A DNA stretch of 64,000 nucleotides from Verrucomicrobiia bacterium (GTDB lineage Bacteria > Verrucomicrobiota > Verrucomicrobiia > Limisphaerales > UBA1319), in the NCBI GenBank assembly GCA_963664225.1, contig OY760937.1, positions 3,456,001 to 3,520,000 on the forward strand, read 5' to 3'. Each line of letters begins with the position of its first letter. Within the stretch, counting starts at the first letter, position 1. The position numbers were made by a program, and so were the translations under genes. Positions 19,191-29,414 of the stretch are shown here, piece by piece. The notes beneath the pieces were generated by a model, which saw only the letters and a list, made by a program, of their open reading frames with translations, did not search any database and was not told where the DNA came from.

Positions 19191-19390
19191 CGACCACCGC
19201 GACCTTCGTGGTAGGACGTGCAGTCCTCTGCGCGCCGTTGGTAGTATCACAATGTAGGCCGGGTGCCCCCACCCGGCGTCCCCGCTGGGATCATCGGTTT
19301 ACGACCACCGCGACCTTCGTGGTAGGGCGTGCAGTCCACTGCGCGCCGTTGGTAGTATCACAATGTAGGCCTGCGTGCCCCCACCCGGCG
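19191..19390. repeat. Two direct copies (about 88 bp, period 111) carrying GTAG-initiated palindromes
   Basis: cgaccaccgcgaccttcgtggtagg...gtaggcc...cacccggcg begins at 19191 and again at 19302. Confidence 0.8.
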
Positions 19391-19491
19391 CCCGGAGAAC
19401 GGCCTCACTCAACCAAAGAACCGATCACGCGATTCGCCACTTTTGCCCCAAAACCTGAATTGGCATGAGCGGTGAGAACACAAGAGAATTA

Positions 19492-20777
19492 CAAACACCT
19501 CATCCGTTTTCCCAATCCTGTCCATCCTGAACATTCATGTGAGAATTCTTTTCCTGCGTTCCTTGCGGCAAATCCAAACCGATTTAGTGATCGTCGATTT
19601 CATTCCTCCGTTCGCCAGCCTTACGCGGCGGCACTTTCCAAATCAACCAATCGTTCCAGAACCGTCCAACACTCCTCCCTCTCTCACGGCAGTGGGAGAG
19701 GGGCGGGGTGAGGGTCGGTTCTTTTCAAAACGACAACCCATATTTCCAATATCGCCCAAACACCTCATCGCTTTTCCCCATCCTGAACATTCATGTGAGA
19801 ATTCTTTTCCTGTGTTCCTTGCGGCAAATCCAAACCAAATTGGTGATCGTCGGTTTCATTCCTCCGTTCGCCAGCCCCACGCGGCGGCACTTTCCAAATC
19901 ACCCAATCCTTCCAGAACCGTCCAATACTCCTCCCTCTCCTACGGCAGTGGGAGAGGGGCGGGGTGAGGGTCGGTTCTTTTCAAAACGACAACCCGCATT
20001 TCCAATATCGCCCAAACACCTCATCCGTTTTCCCCATCCTGTCCATCCTGAACATCCATGTGAGAATTCTTATCCTGCGTTCCTTGCGGCAAATCCAAAC
20101 CGAATTGGTGATCGTCGGTTTCATTCTTCCGTTCGCCAGCCCCACGCGGCGGCACTTTCCAAATCACCCAATCCTTCCAGAACCGTCCAACACTCCTCCC
20201 TCTCCCACGGCAGTGGGAGAGGGGCGGGGTGAGGGTCGGTTCCTTTCAAACCACAAACCGCATTTCCAATATCGCCCAAACGCCTCATTCCTTGTCCCCA
20301 TCCTGAACATCCTGAACATTCATGTGAGAATTCTTTTCCTGCGTTCCTTGCGGCAAATCCAAACCGAATTGGTGATCGTCGGTTTCATTCCTCCGTTCGC
20401 CAGCCCCACGCGGCGGCACTTTCCAAATCACCCAATCCTTCCAGAACCGTCCAATACTCCTCCCTCTCCCACGGCAGTGGGAGAGGGGCGGGGTGAGGGT
20501 CGGTTCTATTCCAAACCACAAACCGCATTTCCAATATCGCCCAAACACCTCATCCCTTTTCCCCATCCTGTCCATCCTGAACATCCATGTGAGAATTCTT
20601 TTCCTGCGTTCCTTGCGGTTAAATCCAAACCGAATTGGTGATCGTCGATTTCATTCCTCCGTTCGCCAGCCTTACGCGGCGGCACTTTCCAAATCAACTA
20701 ATCGTTCCAGAACCGTCCAATACTCCTCCCTCTCCCACGGCAGTGGGAGAGGGGCGGGGTGAGGGTCGGTTCTTTTC
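19492..20777. repeat. Tandem array of about 5 non-coding units of 256-265 bp
   Basis: Anchor caaac(a/g)cctcat at 19492, 19757, 20013, 20277 and 20542. Each unit carries the hairpin cctctcccac-ggca-gtgggagagg (with variants). Confidence 0.95.
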
Positions 20778-20926
20778 CCAATGCGCCGACCGTGGAGTTC
20801 CGTCGGGGCTTTGAAGCAACATCTTTGGTCTGGAAGATTCTGGCCCTCTCCGCCGCCGGATTCTTTTTGCGGGCGCTGGAATTAACATTGGACAATGTCG
20901 GCCATTGTGGTTTATTGCATCTTGTT

Positions 20927-22036
20927 ATGACCGATCCGCGATACAGCACGCTGGCACGTTTGCTCATTGAATACAGCACCGCCCTGAAAAAAGGCGACCG
21001 CATCCTCCTTGAGATGATTGACGCGCCCGATGATTTCACGATTGCCCTGATCCGCGCCGCGCGCGCGGTCGGCGCCACGCCCATGGTGACTCTGCGCCAT
21101 TCGCGCATCAACCGCGAAATCCAGTTGGGCGGCGGCGAAACGCATGCCGCGCTGCTGTGCGACATCGAGCTCCATCAGATGAAGAAGATGGACGCCTACA
21201 TCGCGGTGCGTGCCGGTCACAACGCCAATGAAAACGCCGATGTTCCCGGAAAAACCGCCGCCATTTACGCGCGCGTCCTCCGGCCGGTGATGAACCACCG
21301 CGTCAATAAAACCCGCTGGGTCGTTCTGCGCTGGCCCACCCCGGGCATGGCCCAGGCCGCCGGCATGAGCACCGAGGCCTTCGAGGATTTCTTCTTCACC
21401 GTCTGCACCATGGATTACCGCCGCATGGCCAGGGCCATGGAACCCCTGCGCATTCGCATGCAGGCCGCCGACCACGTGCATCTCAAGGGACCCGGCACCG
21501 ATCTGCAATTCAGCATCAAGGGCATTGGCGCCAAATCCTGCAATGGCCGCCTGAACATTCCCGATGGCGAGGTTTTTTCCTGTCCCATCAAGAACTCCGT
21601 CAACGGCGTCATCCAATACAACACCCCGTCTGTCTATAGCGGCACGCGCTTCGAAAACGTCCGCCTCTCGTTCAAGGACGGCCGCATCATCCAGGCCAGC
21701 GGATCGAATGAGCATCGGCTCAACGAGATTCTGGACACCGATCCGGGCGCGCGGTTCATTGGCGAATTCTCCCTCGGATTCAACCCCCACATTCTCAATC
21801 CGATGTGCGACACGTTGTTCGATGAGAAAATCGCCGGCTCGCTCCACTTCACCCCCGGACAGGCCTACGAACTGGCCGATAACGGTAACCGCTCGGCGGT
21901 TCATTGGGATTTGGTCCTCATTCAGCGCCCCGAATACGGCGGCGGCGAAGTCTGGTTCGACGGCGAATTGATCCGCAAGGATGGCCTGTTCCTGCCCAAG
22001 GACCTGCGCCCGTTGAACCCCGATCAGCTAAAATGA
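20927..22036 (+). CDS. Aminopeptidase, M29 (AmpS/PepS/aminopeptidase T) family
   Basis: MTDPRY start, [34 protein letters not shown] and SAVHWDLV. Confidence 0.93.
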   Translation: MTDPRYSTLARLLIEYSTALKKGDRILLEMIDAPDDFTIALIRAARAVGATPMVTLRHSRINREIQLGGGETHAALLCDIELHQMKKMDAYIAVRAGHNANENADVPGKTAAIYARVLRPVMNHRVNKTRWVVLRWPTPGMAQAAGMSTEAFEDFFFTVCTMDYRRMARAMEPLRIRMQAADHVHLKGPGTDLQFSIKGIGAKSCNGRLNIPDGEVFSCPIKNSVNGVIQYNTPSVYSGTRFENVRLSFKDGRIIQASGSNEHRLNEILDTDPGARFIGEFSLGFNPHILNPMCDTLFDEKIAGSLHFTPGQAYELADNGNRSAVHWDLVLIQRPEYGGGEVWFDGELIRKDGLFLPKDLRPLNPDQLK

Positions 22037-22347
22037 CCGACCCGGTTCCGCCGGACGGCGGGGACCTCCCGCCGGTCGAACTGCCCATCAACGGCATGCT
22101 CGACCTGCACACCTTCCGCCCGTGCGACACGAAGGAACTGCTGCAGGACTACCTGGCCGAATGCCGCGCGCGGGGAATCCTCAAGGTCCGCATCGTCCAC
22201 GGCAAAGGCACCGGCGCCCTGCGTGAAACGGTCCACACCCTCCTGCGGCGCATGCCCGAGGTGGTCTCCTTCAGCCTGGGCGGCGACGCCTCCGGCGGTT
22301 GGGGCGCGACGATCGTGGTTCTCAAATGCCTGCCAAAGAAGGAATGA
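22033..22347 (+). CDS. Smr/MutS2 C-terminal domain protein
   Basis: [19 protein letters not shown] and [12 protein letters not shown] overlap with the aminopeptidase stop. Confidence 0.9.
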   Translation: MTDPVPPDGGDLPPVELPINGMLDLHTFRPCDTKELLQDYLAECRARGILKVRIVHGKGTGALRETVHTLLRRMPEVVSFSLGGDASGGWGATIVVLKCLPKKE

Positions 22348-22491
22348 CGCCAGAATAGTCAGCCCTCCCAATGCTTTCCGCAAACGGCGTGACGGGTGAC
22401 TCCGACGCGCCTTCGTTAACCCCGAAATCCAAATAATCCTTCGCCCCGCTACGGATTGGATACATGCCGTTTTTGTTAGACCACGGCATGG

Positions 22492-22824
22492 TCATCTTTT
22501 GTTTTGCGCCACGTAATTTGGTGATTTCTTTCCAAGCCGCCAATTTCGATACGTATCATACAAAACAACCACTAGCATTTGGGCTATGCCTAACCATATA
22601 ACTAACTGCACACAAACGCCAGACAATATGGAAAGCCCATTGAGAATCTTTACCAATCCAACAACAAATAGGAAAAGACCGCAAGAACCGCCTCCAAGAC
22701 GCGACACATGATATTTACTTCCACCTCGTCGAATCGACTTCAAGTATTCAGGACGAAAAACCACGACCGCAAATATTAATATACTGGCAACCAATAAAAC
22801 AATGCCGAGCCAGAAACTTTTCAT
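22492..22824 (-). CDS. Hypothetical membrane protein, putative integron gene cassette
   Basis: AT-rich with about 3 TM segments (MKSFWLGIVLLV...). It begins just after the GTTAATC core of the attC and has GTCTAAC 10 nt past its stop. Confidence 0.6.
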   Translation of the reverse strand: MKSFWLGIVLLVASILIFAVVVFRPEYLKSIRRGGSKYHVSRLGGGSCGLFLFVVGLVKILNGLSILSGVCVQLVIWLGIAQMLVVVLYDTYRNWRLGKKSPNYVAQNKR

Positions 22825-22855
22825 TGTGAATATCGATCGCAATGCCGCTCTCAAG

Positions 22856-22954
22856 GATTAACGAAAAAATCTCAGCCACCGCCGACTCGCGACGTTAACC
22901 GCGACAGCGGAACGACAAGGGCCAACCGGTGTTGGCTCCGGCGACTGGTCAGGC
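22856..22954 (-). other. Putative (degenerate) integron attC site
   Basis: Minus strand GCCTGAC...ggagccaaca...ggtggctgag...GTTAATC, 99 bp, an imperfect inverted repeat starting 7 nt after a stop codon. Confidence 0.65.
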
Positions 22955-22961
22955 CACATGG

Positions 22962-23321
22962 TCACTCTGGCAAACTCGGTATAAAAAGCGTAATGCACAG
23001 TGTAAATAATAGTGAACCTGCGATGTTCAAAGTCTCCAGCGACTTGTCCTTGATAATCCCTCGTCCGTCAAGAGCCAGGCGAAATACTTCCAGCAACAAA
23101 ATCGCGGCTGCTAAAACCAACGGCTCGAAAAACGCATTGCTGAGCGTCTTTCCGCCAAACGAATTAACCAAAACAAACCACAAACAAATCGGCGCTCCGC
23201 TGGAAATGACCAAATCACCTGTGAGCTTCTTCTTGAACAGCCATAATGCAATCGCAAGCCCAACCGTTACTGGAACCAAATACTCCAGCAGCGGAATCAA
23301 TATCATTGGGATTATGCTCAT
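22962..23321 (-). CDS. Hypothetical membrane protein, putative integron gene cassette
   Basis: AT-rich, about 4 TM segments, preceded by GTTGGGC (23338-23332) and followed by the attC-like site. Confidence 0.65.
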   Translation of the reverse strand: MSIIPMILIPLLEYLVPVTVGLAIALWLFKKKLTGDLVISSGAPICLWFVLVNSFGGKTLSNAFFEPLVLAAAILLLEVFRLALDGRGIIKDKSLETLNIAGSLLFTLCITLFIPSLPE

Positions 23322-23727
23322 GGATAGTGTGGCCCAACAGTATTCATTGTCTCAAACTCAGACGCCGGAAACAAACCGGGTTACCGGTGCCCTTTCGGCG
23401 AGATTAAACTGGTATCGCCTTAAAAAGCAAGGAAAAATGGGGTTTTCTTCGTGCCGCATCGGAAAATGGTGTCTGGGGTCGCGAGAGCGGGCGTAAAACA
23501 CCATTCAGGAAGCTGCCAAAACCAAAATCCACCATCACCCTATTGAATCCATGTCCCTCTGGTCTATGGAATAAATCCATCAAGGGCTATATACTCACAG
23601 GCCCTTTTAAAGATCTTTTTCGCTTGCGGAAGTATGGCGTCTGGCGCCCTTGCGGTCAGCGCCCGCTTTTTTGGGACTGGCCAACCGGGCGGGTTCTCGC
23701 TTTACTGGCGCGTCCTGTTTTAAAGGT

Positions 23728-25272
23728 ATGTCTCAGATGCTCAAATCCTCCGGCGCCATGGGCGTCGCCACACTGGCCAGCCGTCTCCTGGGCATGGTCC
23801 GGGAGATGGTGTACGCCCGTTTCATGGGGGATGGCTGGGTGGCCAGCGCGTTTGTGCTGGCGCTCATGATTCCGAGCCTCTTCCGGCGGTTGCTGGGGGA
23901 GGGCGCCCTGACGGCCGCGTTCATTCCCATCTTCAAGGACAAGGAAAAAAACGCCGGTGAGGCCGAGATGTGGAAGGCTGCCAACGCCGTGATTTGCGGC
24001 CTGGTGGTGGCCGGGGCCGTCATCTCCGGGCTGGGCATGTATGGGGTTTCCGTGGTTCTGCTCTACGATTTCACCTCGGGCGAAACGCGGCTCATGCTCC
24101 AATTGCTGCGCGTGATGTTTCCCTACATGCTGCTGGCCTGCCTGGCCGCCATCTTCATGGGAATGCTCAATGCCCGCGGCCGTTTCTTCATTCCCGCCCT
24201 GGGCGCGCTGGTGATGAACCTGGTCATGATCGCCTCCGCCCTGTTTCTGGCCCCGCACATGGGCGCGAACCTGCAAACGCAAATCTTCGGGCTGGCCATC
24301 GGCATTCTGGTGGCCGGCGCGGCGCAGGCTGCGTTTCAATTACCCTCGCTGCAGAACCAGGGCTTTCGATTTGCCTGGGTCTCCCCGTGGCGCGACCCCG
24401 TCGTGCGCGAAGTGGTTCACAAAATGATCCCCGGCGCGATCGGCGTCGCGGCGTTCCAGCTCAATGTGGTCATCACCCAGAGCCTGGCCTTCTGGGTGGA
24501 CAAGGAAATCGTCGCCTCCTTCAACTACGCCGTGCGCCTGATGGAACTGCCTCAGGGCGTCTTCGGCATTTCACTGGCCACCTACATGCTCCCCACTCTG
24601 GCGGGACTGGTGGCGGAGAAGAAATTCGACACCTTCCGTTCCACGCTCCAGCAGGGCCTGGGCTACCTGTGGTTCATCAACCTGCTCGCCTCCGTGCTCC
24701 TCCTGGTTCTGGCCGCGCCCATCATCCGGCTGCTCTTCGAGCGCGGGGCTTTCACGTCTGAATCCACCGAACGCGCCGCCTTTGCGCTCGCCTGCCTGGC
24801 GCCGGGACTCGTCGCCTTCTCCACAGTGAACATCCTCGCACGCGCATTTTATGCCCTGGGCGACACCCGCACCCCCATGCGCGTCAGCGTGTTTTGCCTG
24901 GGATTGAACGCCCTGCTCGCCATTCCACTCGTGTTAAGCTTCAAGCAGGGCGGCTTGGGAATCGCCAACACCCTCAGCGGCGTGGTCAACGTCGGCCTCC
25001 TCTTTTACGCCCTGCGCCGCTCGCTCAAAACGTTCGATCTGGGCGCCCTCAAAAACTCCGCTCTGTCGATGCTCGCCGCCGCCGTGGCTGCGGGCGCAGT
25101 GGCCTGGATCACGCTCTATTTCTGGGAAAAATCCTTCGGCCACTACGGCCTGCTGCTCAAGGTGGGCGCGGTCTTCGTCCCGTCCATTGCTGCCGCTGCC
25201 GTTTATTGGGGTGTGGCCCTGGTCGCAAAAATACCCGAGGCCCGCGCCAAACGCTTCACCGGCGTGGCCTGA
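23728..25272 (+). CDS. murJ: Lipid II flippase MurJ (MviN)
   Basis: SRLLGMVRE, PSLFRRLLGEGAL, RLMELPQGVFG and RAFYALGDTRTP. Confidence 0.95.
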   Translation: MSQMLKSSGAMGVATLASRLLGMVREMVYARFMGDGWVASAFVLALMIPSLFRRLLGEGALTAAFIPIFKDKEKNAGEAEMWKAANAVICGLVVAGAVISGLGMYGVSVVLLYDFTSGETRLMLQLLRVMFPYMLLACLAAIFMGMLNARGRFFIPALGALVMNLVMIASALFLAPHMGANLQTQIFGLAIGILVAGAAQAAFQLPSLQNQGFRFAWVSPWRDPVVREVVHKMIPGAIGVAAFQLNVVITQSLAFWVDKEIVASFNYAVRLMELPQGVFGISLATYMLPTLAGLVAEKKFDTFRSTLQQGLGYLWFINLLASVLLLVLAAPIIRLLFERGAFTSESTERAAFALACLAPGLVAFSTVNILARAFYALGDTRTPMRVSVFCLGLNALLAIPLVLSFKQGGLGIANTLSGVVNVGLLFYALRRSLKTFDLGALKNSALSMLAAAVAAGAVAWITLYFWEKSFGHYGLLLKVGAVFVPSIAAAAVYWGVALVAKIPEARAKRFTGVA

Positions 25273-25662
25273 TAAACCCGGTCCTTCAGAGTCCTCGCAT
25301 TATCGCCCTCCGTCACCGCAGTTCGTAGCGCAGACACCGTCGCTGTCGCATCGCGGATTTCCAATCCGCAAACTCTGAACAAATCAGACCATCCTCAGAT
25401 GCAAAATCGATTCCACTCGACAACTCCACCGTTACTAAATACACATCGCAAGCCGGCTGGTAACCGGCGCCACGGAGCCAGGCGCAAGTTCGGTTGGCCT
25501 TGCCGCGTTACACCGCAATCCCCCCGGGTTTCGCGTAACCAGGCTGTTGAATTCATCCCGTTCAATGGCTCCATCAACAAAAAGTGAACCTTTCCCCGCT
25601 CAAACGTTATTAACGGGCAGACTGGATCGCGACGCCAGAAACACGGTAACGAAAATATGCTT

Positions 25663-26922
25663 ATGAAAACTCTGAAATCGATCTGCACCACAATGCTCGT
25701 TCTGACCGCCGCCGCGGTGGGCGTCGGGGCTCAGGCACTGCGCACCGACATCAATCCCGCGCTGATTTATGGCCGGGCGTTCCTGGCCGCTCCGAATCTG
25801 GCCCAGGCGGACTCGGATTATTTGTTTACGAATGGCTGGAATGGCCAGAAGTTTCCGGAACGCTTCACCAGCCTCGTCAAAGAGTACGACAACGAGTTCG
25901 AGCTGGTTTGCGCCGCCGCACAGTCGAAGGTGCCGTGCGATTGGGGCATCGATATGTCCCCCGGCCCGATGACGCTGCTTCCCGCCTTGTCCCGCGCCAA
26001 GTCCGTGGCGGTGACCACGCGATTGCGCGTCATGTGGCACTTGCAGAATGGACGTCAAACCCAGGCCTGCGATGAATTGCTCGGCGCATTTACGCTGGCG
26101 CGCAATGTCTCCCGCGACGGAACGCTGATTTCCTCGCTCGTCCAATTTGCCATGGAAAACATCGTTTACTCCTCCATTGCCGCCAATTACGGCCGCTTTT
26201 CCCCGGAAAACTTGAAACGTCTGGTGGACGGGATGGATGCCGCGCCTGCCCGGAGCGCCGTCGCAGCATGCATTCCGACGGAGAAAGCATTCTTCTCGGA
26301 TTGGGCGAAAAACAAGATCGTCGAATTACAGAAGAAGTATCCCGGCAACGACGCCAAAGTGCTGGAGGAGGTTCATCAGTTCATGGCGTTTGACAGTCCC
26401 GAAGAGGGGCAGACCAACTCCTGGCCCCGATTGCTGGAAGCCGCCGGTGGCACAAGCGACGGCATTCTCAAACTGCTCCGGGATGGAGAACTGCTTTACG
26501 ATAAAATCGTGGCCTTTCTGAAACTGCCGTACGCGGAGTATCAAAGCCAGGAAAAGGACTTCGTCGATGAATTGGAGAAATCCACAAACCCGATCATTTC
26601 GAAAACCGTTCCTGGATTCGTCAAATCGCGTCAAAAGGAATTCCGCACACAGGCCACTCAGGCCATGGTGCGCGCCGCAGTGGAATACAAATTGCACGGG
26701 GACGCGGGACTCAAGAGCGTGAACGATCCCTGCGGAAATGGCCCCTTCGCCTTCAAACGGTTCGAATTCGAGGGCGTGGACCGCGGTTTTCAGCTCACAT
26801 CCGCCTTTAACATGTCCAAAAACATGGCCGTCCTCATCTTCGTGGAGAAGGAAGGCCCCCCGTTCCAGGTGGACGGAAATTATCCGGGGCGGGCACTTCC
26901 CACAACCGCGCCCAAACAGTAA
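25663..26922 (+). CDS. Secreted hypothetical protein, first gene of an ECF sigma/anti-sigma cluster
   Basis: Signal peptide MKTLKSICTTMLVLTAAAVGVGA; helical protein with CDWGID and DPCGNGPF. Confidence 0.7.
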   Translation: MKTLKSICTTMLVLTAAAVGVGAQALRTDINPALIYGRAFLAAPNLAQADSDYLFTNGWNGQKFPERFTSLVKEYDNEFELVCAAAQSKVPCDWGIDMSPGPMTLLPALSRAKSVAVTTRLRVMWHLQNGRQTQACDELLGAFTLARNVSRDGTLISSLVQFAMENIVYSSIAANYGRFSPENLKRLVDGMDAAPARSAVAACIPTEKAFFSDWAKNKIVELQKKYPGNDAKVLEEVHQFMAFDSPEEGQTNSWPRLLEAAGGTSDGILKLLRDGELLYDKIVAFLKLPYAEYQSQEKDFVDELEKSTNPIISKTVPGFVKSRQKEFRTQATQAMVRAAVEYKLHGDAGLKSVNDPCGNGPFAFKRFEFEGVDRGFQLTSAFNMSKNMAVLIFVEKEGPPFQVDGNYPGRALPTTAPKQ

Positions 26923-27022
26923 ACTAATGTCAGTCTTGGAGGCCGGGCAGCACCTCAGAGGGCTGTTCGGCACTTTTGCTGATGATTGAATTGTGGCTAC
27001 GCTGAGTCCAACACTTCCCGAC

Positions 27023-27631
27023 ATGGAGACGCCGGACACACAGGGGCTGCTCGACCGGGCGCGGGGCGGGGATGCCGATGCCTTCTGCGGACTCTGCCGG
27101 ACTCAAGAGCCCCGGCTGCTGCGACAAGCCGCCGCCCTTTGCGGCAACGCCACCCAGGCCGAGGATCTCGTCCAGGACACGCTGGTGGAAGCCTGGAAAC
27201 ACCTCCACCGCTACAACGGCCGCTGCCAGTTCTCCACCTGGCTCTGCGCCATTCTGCTGAACCGCCACCGCAACAGCCTTCGCGGAAAACGGTTCCTGTT
27301 TTTCAGGTCCTTCTTGAAATCAGAGGACAACGCGGTTCCTGATCCCGTGGAACAAATGGCCGATACCGCGGCATCGCCTGACGAGGCGGTCCAACAACGG
27401 GAGCAAGTCGCGCTCGTGCGAAAATGCGTGCAAGCCTTGTCTGCGAAACACCAGGAAGTGATTTTGCTGCGGTTCCATGCGGACGATTCGTTGGAAGGCA
27501 TCGCCGCAGCCCTGGGCTGTTCCGTGGGCACCGTGAAATCCCGCCTCTTCCATGCCCTTGACAAATTGCGGGCAATGAAGGAATTGACCACGCAGTATCC
27601 GAATCTGGAAATGAAAGCGAGAAGACCATGA
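27023..27631 (+). CDS. ECF RNA polymerase sigma-70 factor
   Basis: GDADAF, AEDLVQDT, FSTWL and IAAALGCSVGTVKSRLFHA. Confidence 0.92.
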   Translation: METPDTQGLLDRARGGDADAFCGLCRTQEPRLLRQAAALCGNATQAEDLVQDTLVEAWKHLHRYNGRCQFSTWLCAILLNRHRNSLRGKRFLFFRSFLKSEDNAVPDPVEQMADTAASPDEAVQQREQVALVRKCVQALSAKHQEVILLRFHADDSLEGIAAALGCSVGTVKSRLFHALDKLRAMKELTTQYPNLEMKARRP

Positions 27632-28203
27632 AACCTTGCGTCGAAAACCAAAAACGAATCGCGTTGCTGGCAGTGAACGCTCTGGAGTCGTCAGAGGCCC
27701 GCGAACTCCGCGCGCATCTGGAGGTTTGCAGTGGTTGCCGCCAATACCACCAGGAAATCGCGCGTGTCACCACCGCGCTGAACGCGTCGGCGCCATCCGC
27801 AGAGACCGAGGTTTCCGAGGCCTTCCATCGCCGGGTGGCCAATGCCGTGAGGGCTCAGAAGACCACCTCTGCGTGGGAGGAAACAGTCGATTTGCTGACC
27901 GGCCGCGTGTGGAATTGGCGCGTCGCTCTTTCGGGTTGTGCGGCGGTGGCTCTGGGATTCGCCCTCCTTTCACATTTCCAGCAGCCAACCCCTGTTCAGA
28001 TTGCTAAAGTAACGATCGCTCCGACCGTAACGGTTGCCGACACCGAGATCGACCTCGAGCCCTCCATTCGCAACTACCAAATCGCCGCCAATCGTTCTTT
28101 TGAAAAGTTGGATGAGCTGCTCACCAAACAAGCGCGGCAAAATCCCTCGTTTGCTCCCGCCTATACCGCTTCGTCATTGGCGCTGGCCAATGGATCGGAA
28201 TGA
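27628..28203 (+). CDS. Zinc-finger (zf-HC2) membrane anti-sigma factor
   Basis: HLEVCSGC (HxxxCxxC) plus one TM segment; overlaps the sigma stop (ATGA). Confidence 0.85.
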   Translation: MKPCVENQKRIALLAVNALESSEARELRAHLEVCSGCRQYHQEIARVTTALNASAPSAETEVSEAFHRRVANAVRAQKTTSAWEETVDLLTGRVWNWRVALSGCAAVALGFALLSHFQQPTPVQIAKVTIAPTVTVADTEIDLEPSIRNYQIAANRSFEKLDELLTKQARQNPSFAPAYTASSLALANGSE

Positions 28204-28232
28204 TGGACCGGAATGACCGGGACGCTCCACAA

Positions 28233-28853
28233 TCATCCCCTTCTCAACCGCCTTTTCATATCCACAGCCGGATAGATATAGCGCACCTCGGCTGCGGGAT
28301 ATTCAATGGGCTGATAAGACACATTCAGGCTCTCCAGGCGGATCACGCTCCCCTCGGGTCCCGTCCGCCGCAGCCGCTTGAAGAGCACTCCCGAGCTGTT
28401 CGCCAGTCGGCACACCACGAAATCCCCGTTTCTCGGCTCCACGTTGGGCGCGAACACCACCAGATCCCCCGCGTAAAACTCCGGCTCCATCGAATCGCCC
28501 TCGAGTATCAGCGCAAAGGAGTTCGCATCCCGGCAATCCGTTTCCACCGAGTCATCAATCTGGTTGCAGAGATCCCCGTAATCCAGCGCCTGACCCGCCC
28601 GGGCCCAGGAAACCACCGGCACCCGCCGTGGAAACTCCTGGTTCACCCGCACGATCCGCGATTCCCCCACCGCCAGCTCCACGTTGCGCAACGCCTGCAA
28701 AAGCTGCGCCGAGGCCTTCTGATACCCCCGCGCAATCTTGCGCATGGTTTCGGACTTGATCGCCACCCGCGCCGCCAGTTCGTCGGGGGCCAGCCCCGTT
28801 CGCCGGCAAATACCGGCAATCTCATCGGCCTGAGCCTGGAACTTGATGATCAT
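28233..28853 (-). CDS. LexA/phage CI-like repressor (HTH + S24 autopeptidase)
   Basis: N-terminal HTH (TGLAPDELAARVAIKSETMRKIARG), VPVVSWARAG cleavage site, GDSMEP (Ser), FKRL (Lys) and LESLN. Confidence 0.9.
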   Translation of the reverse strand: MIIKFQAQADEIAGICRRTGLAPDELAARVAIKSETMRKIARGYQKASAQLLQALRNVELAVGESRIVRVNQEFPRRVPVVSWARAGQALDYGDLCNQIDDSVETDCRDANSFALILEGDSMEPEFYAGDLVVFAPNVEPRNGDFVVCRLANSSGVLFKRLRRTGPEGSVIRLESLNVSYQPIEYPAAEVRYIYPAVDMKRRLRRG

Positions 28854-28876
28854 AGTTAAAAAAGTGCGAACCGCTC

Positions 28877-28919
28877 TTGACAGTGTCACAATAAGACTTA
28901 TTATAGTCTTATTATGACA
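28877..28919 (+). promoter_or_regulatory. Sigma70 promoter overlapped by a long palindromic operator between divergent regulators
   Basis: TTGACA at 28877; TATTAT at 28899 or TATAGT at 28902; inverted repeat TGTCACAATAAGACT-tattat-AGTCTTATTATGACA (14 of 15 arm positions match). Confidence 0.75.
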
Positions 28920-29279
28920 AACGCCACTTCTCCTAATCAACTCCTAAACTCCGCTCAAGTCAAACAGAATAAGCCGTTAATCCACAAATCCGCCGCATCG
29001 GACAGTCTTAACAAGTCTATCGCGCGTCTCAATACGCCAACTCCTCCGGATTTCGATTGGCAGTCTCTCGTTCCCGCCAAAAACCTCCTCCGCGTGCAGG
29101 AAGTCGCCCACATGCTCTCCTGCTCGGTCGATCACGTCTATAACCTGCTCGAGGAAGGCGCCCTGAAAGTCGCCGTCGATATTCGCACCCAGGGCGCCCG
29201 CCGTTCCTGTCCCCGCGTGCTCCGCGCCAGCGTCTTGGAATTCCTCCAGCGCAGCGACCTGGCCAAAAAATGTGTCTGA
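28914..29279 (+). CDS. Excisionase/HTH_17-like DNA-binding protein
   Basis: LLRVQEVAHMLSCSVDHVYNLLEEGAL...RVLRASVLEFL winged-HTH pattern; divergent from the CI-like gene. Confidence 0.8.
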   Translation: MTNATSPNQLLNSAQVKQNKPLIHKSAASDSLNKSIARLNTPTPPDFDWQSLVPAKNLLRVQEVAHMLSCSVDHVYNLLEEGALKVAVDIRTQGARRSCPRVLRASVLEFLQRSDLAKKCV

Positions 29280-29414
29280 AACCAGCCGGGCATCAGACCG
29301 CATCAGGAAAAGGAAAACCACGCACAGGGGGTCGTCGAACCCAGCGCGAATACCAATCCGCCAACCGTCTCAAACCCACAGTCCACGGCCGAAATCGCAA
29401 AACTTAATCCATGT

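Noticed and set aside
17704..19272. 522-aa long form of PurB
   Set aside because: The N-terminal extension runs through REP repeats; homolog-like sequence starts at MIQRYS (19017).
19492..20777. CRISPR array, or genuine coding ORFs, in the 265-bp tandem repeat
   Set aside because: Whole units repeat with no unique spacers and no cas genes nearby. The ORFs shift frame from unit to unit and lack protein-like features.
20759..20926. N-terminal extension of the aminopeptidase ORF
   Set aside because: It begins inside the tandem repeat; the family-like start is MTDPRY at 20927.
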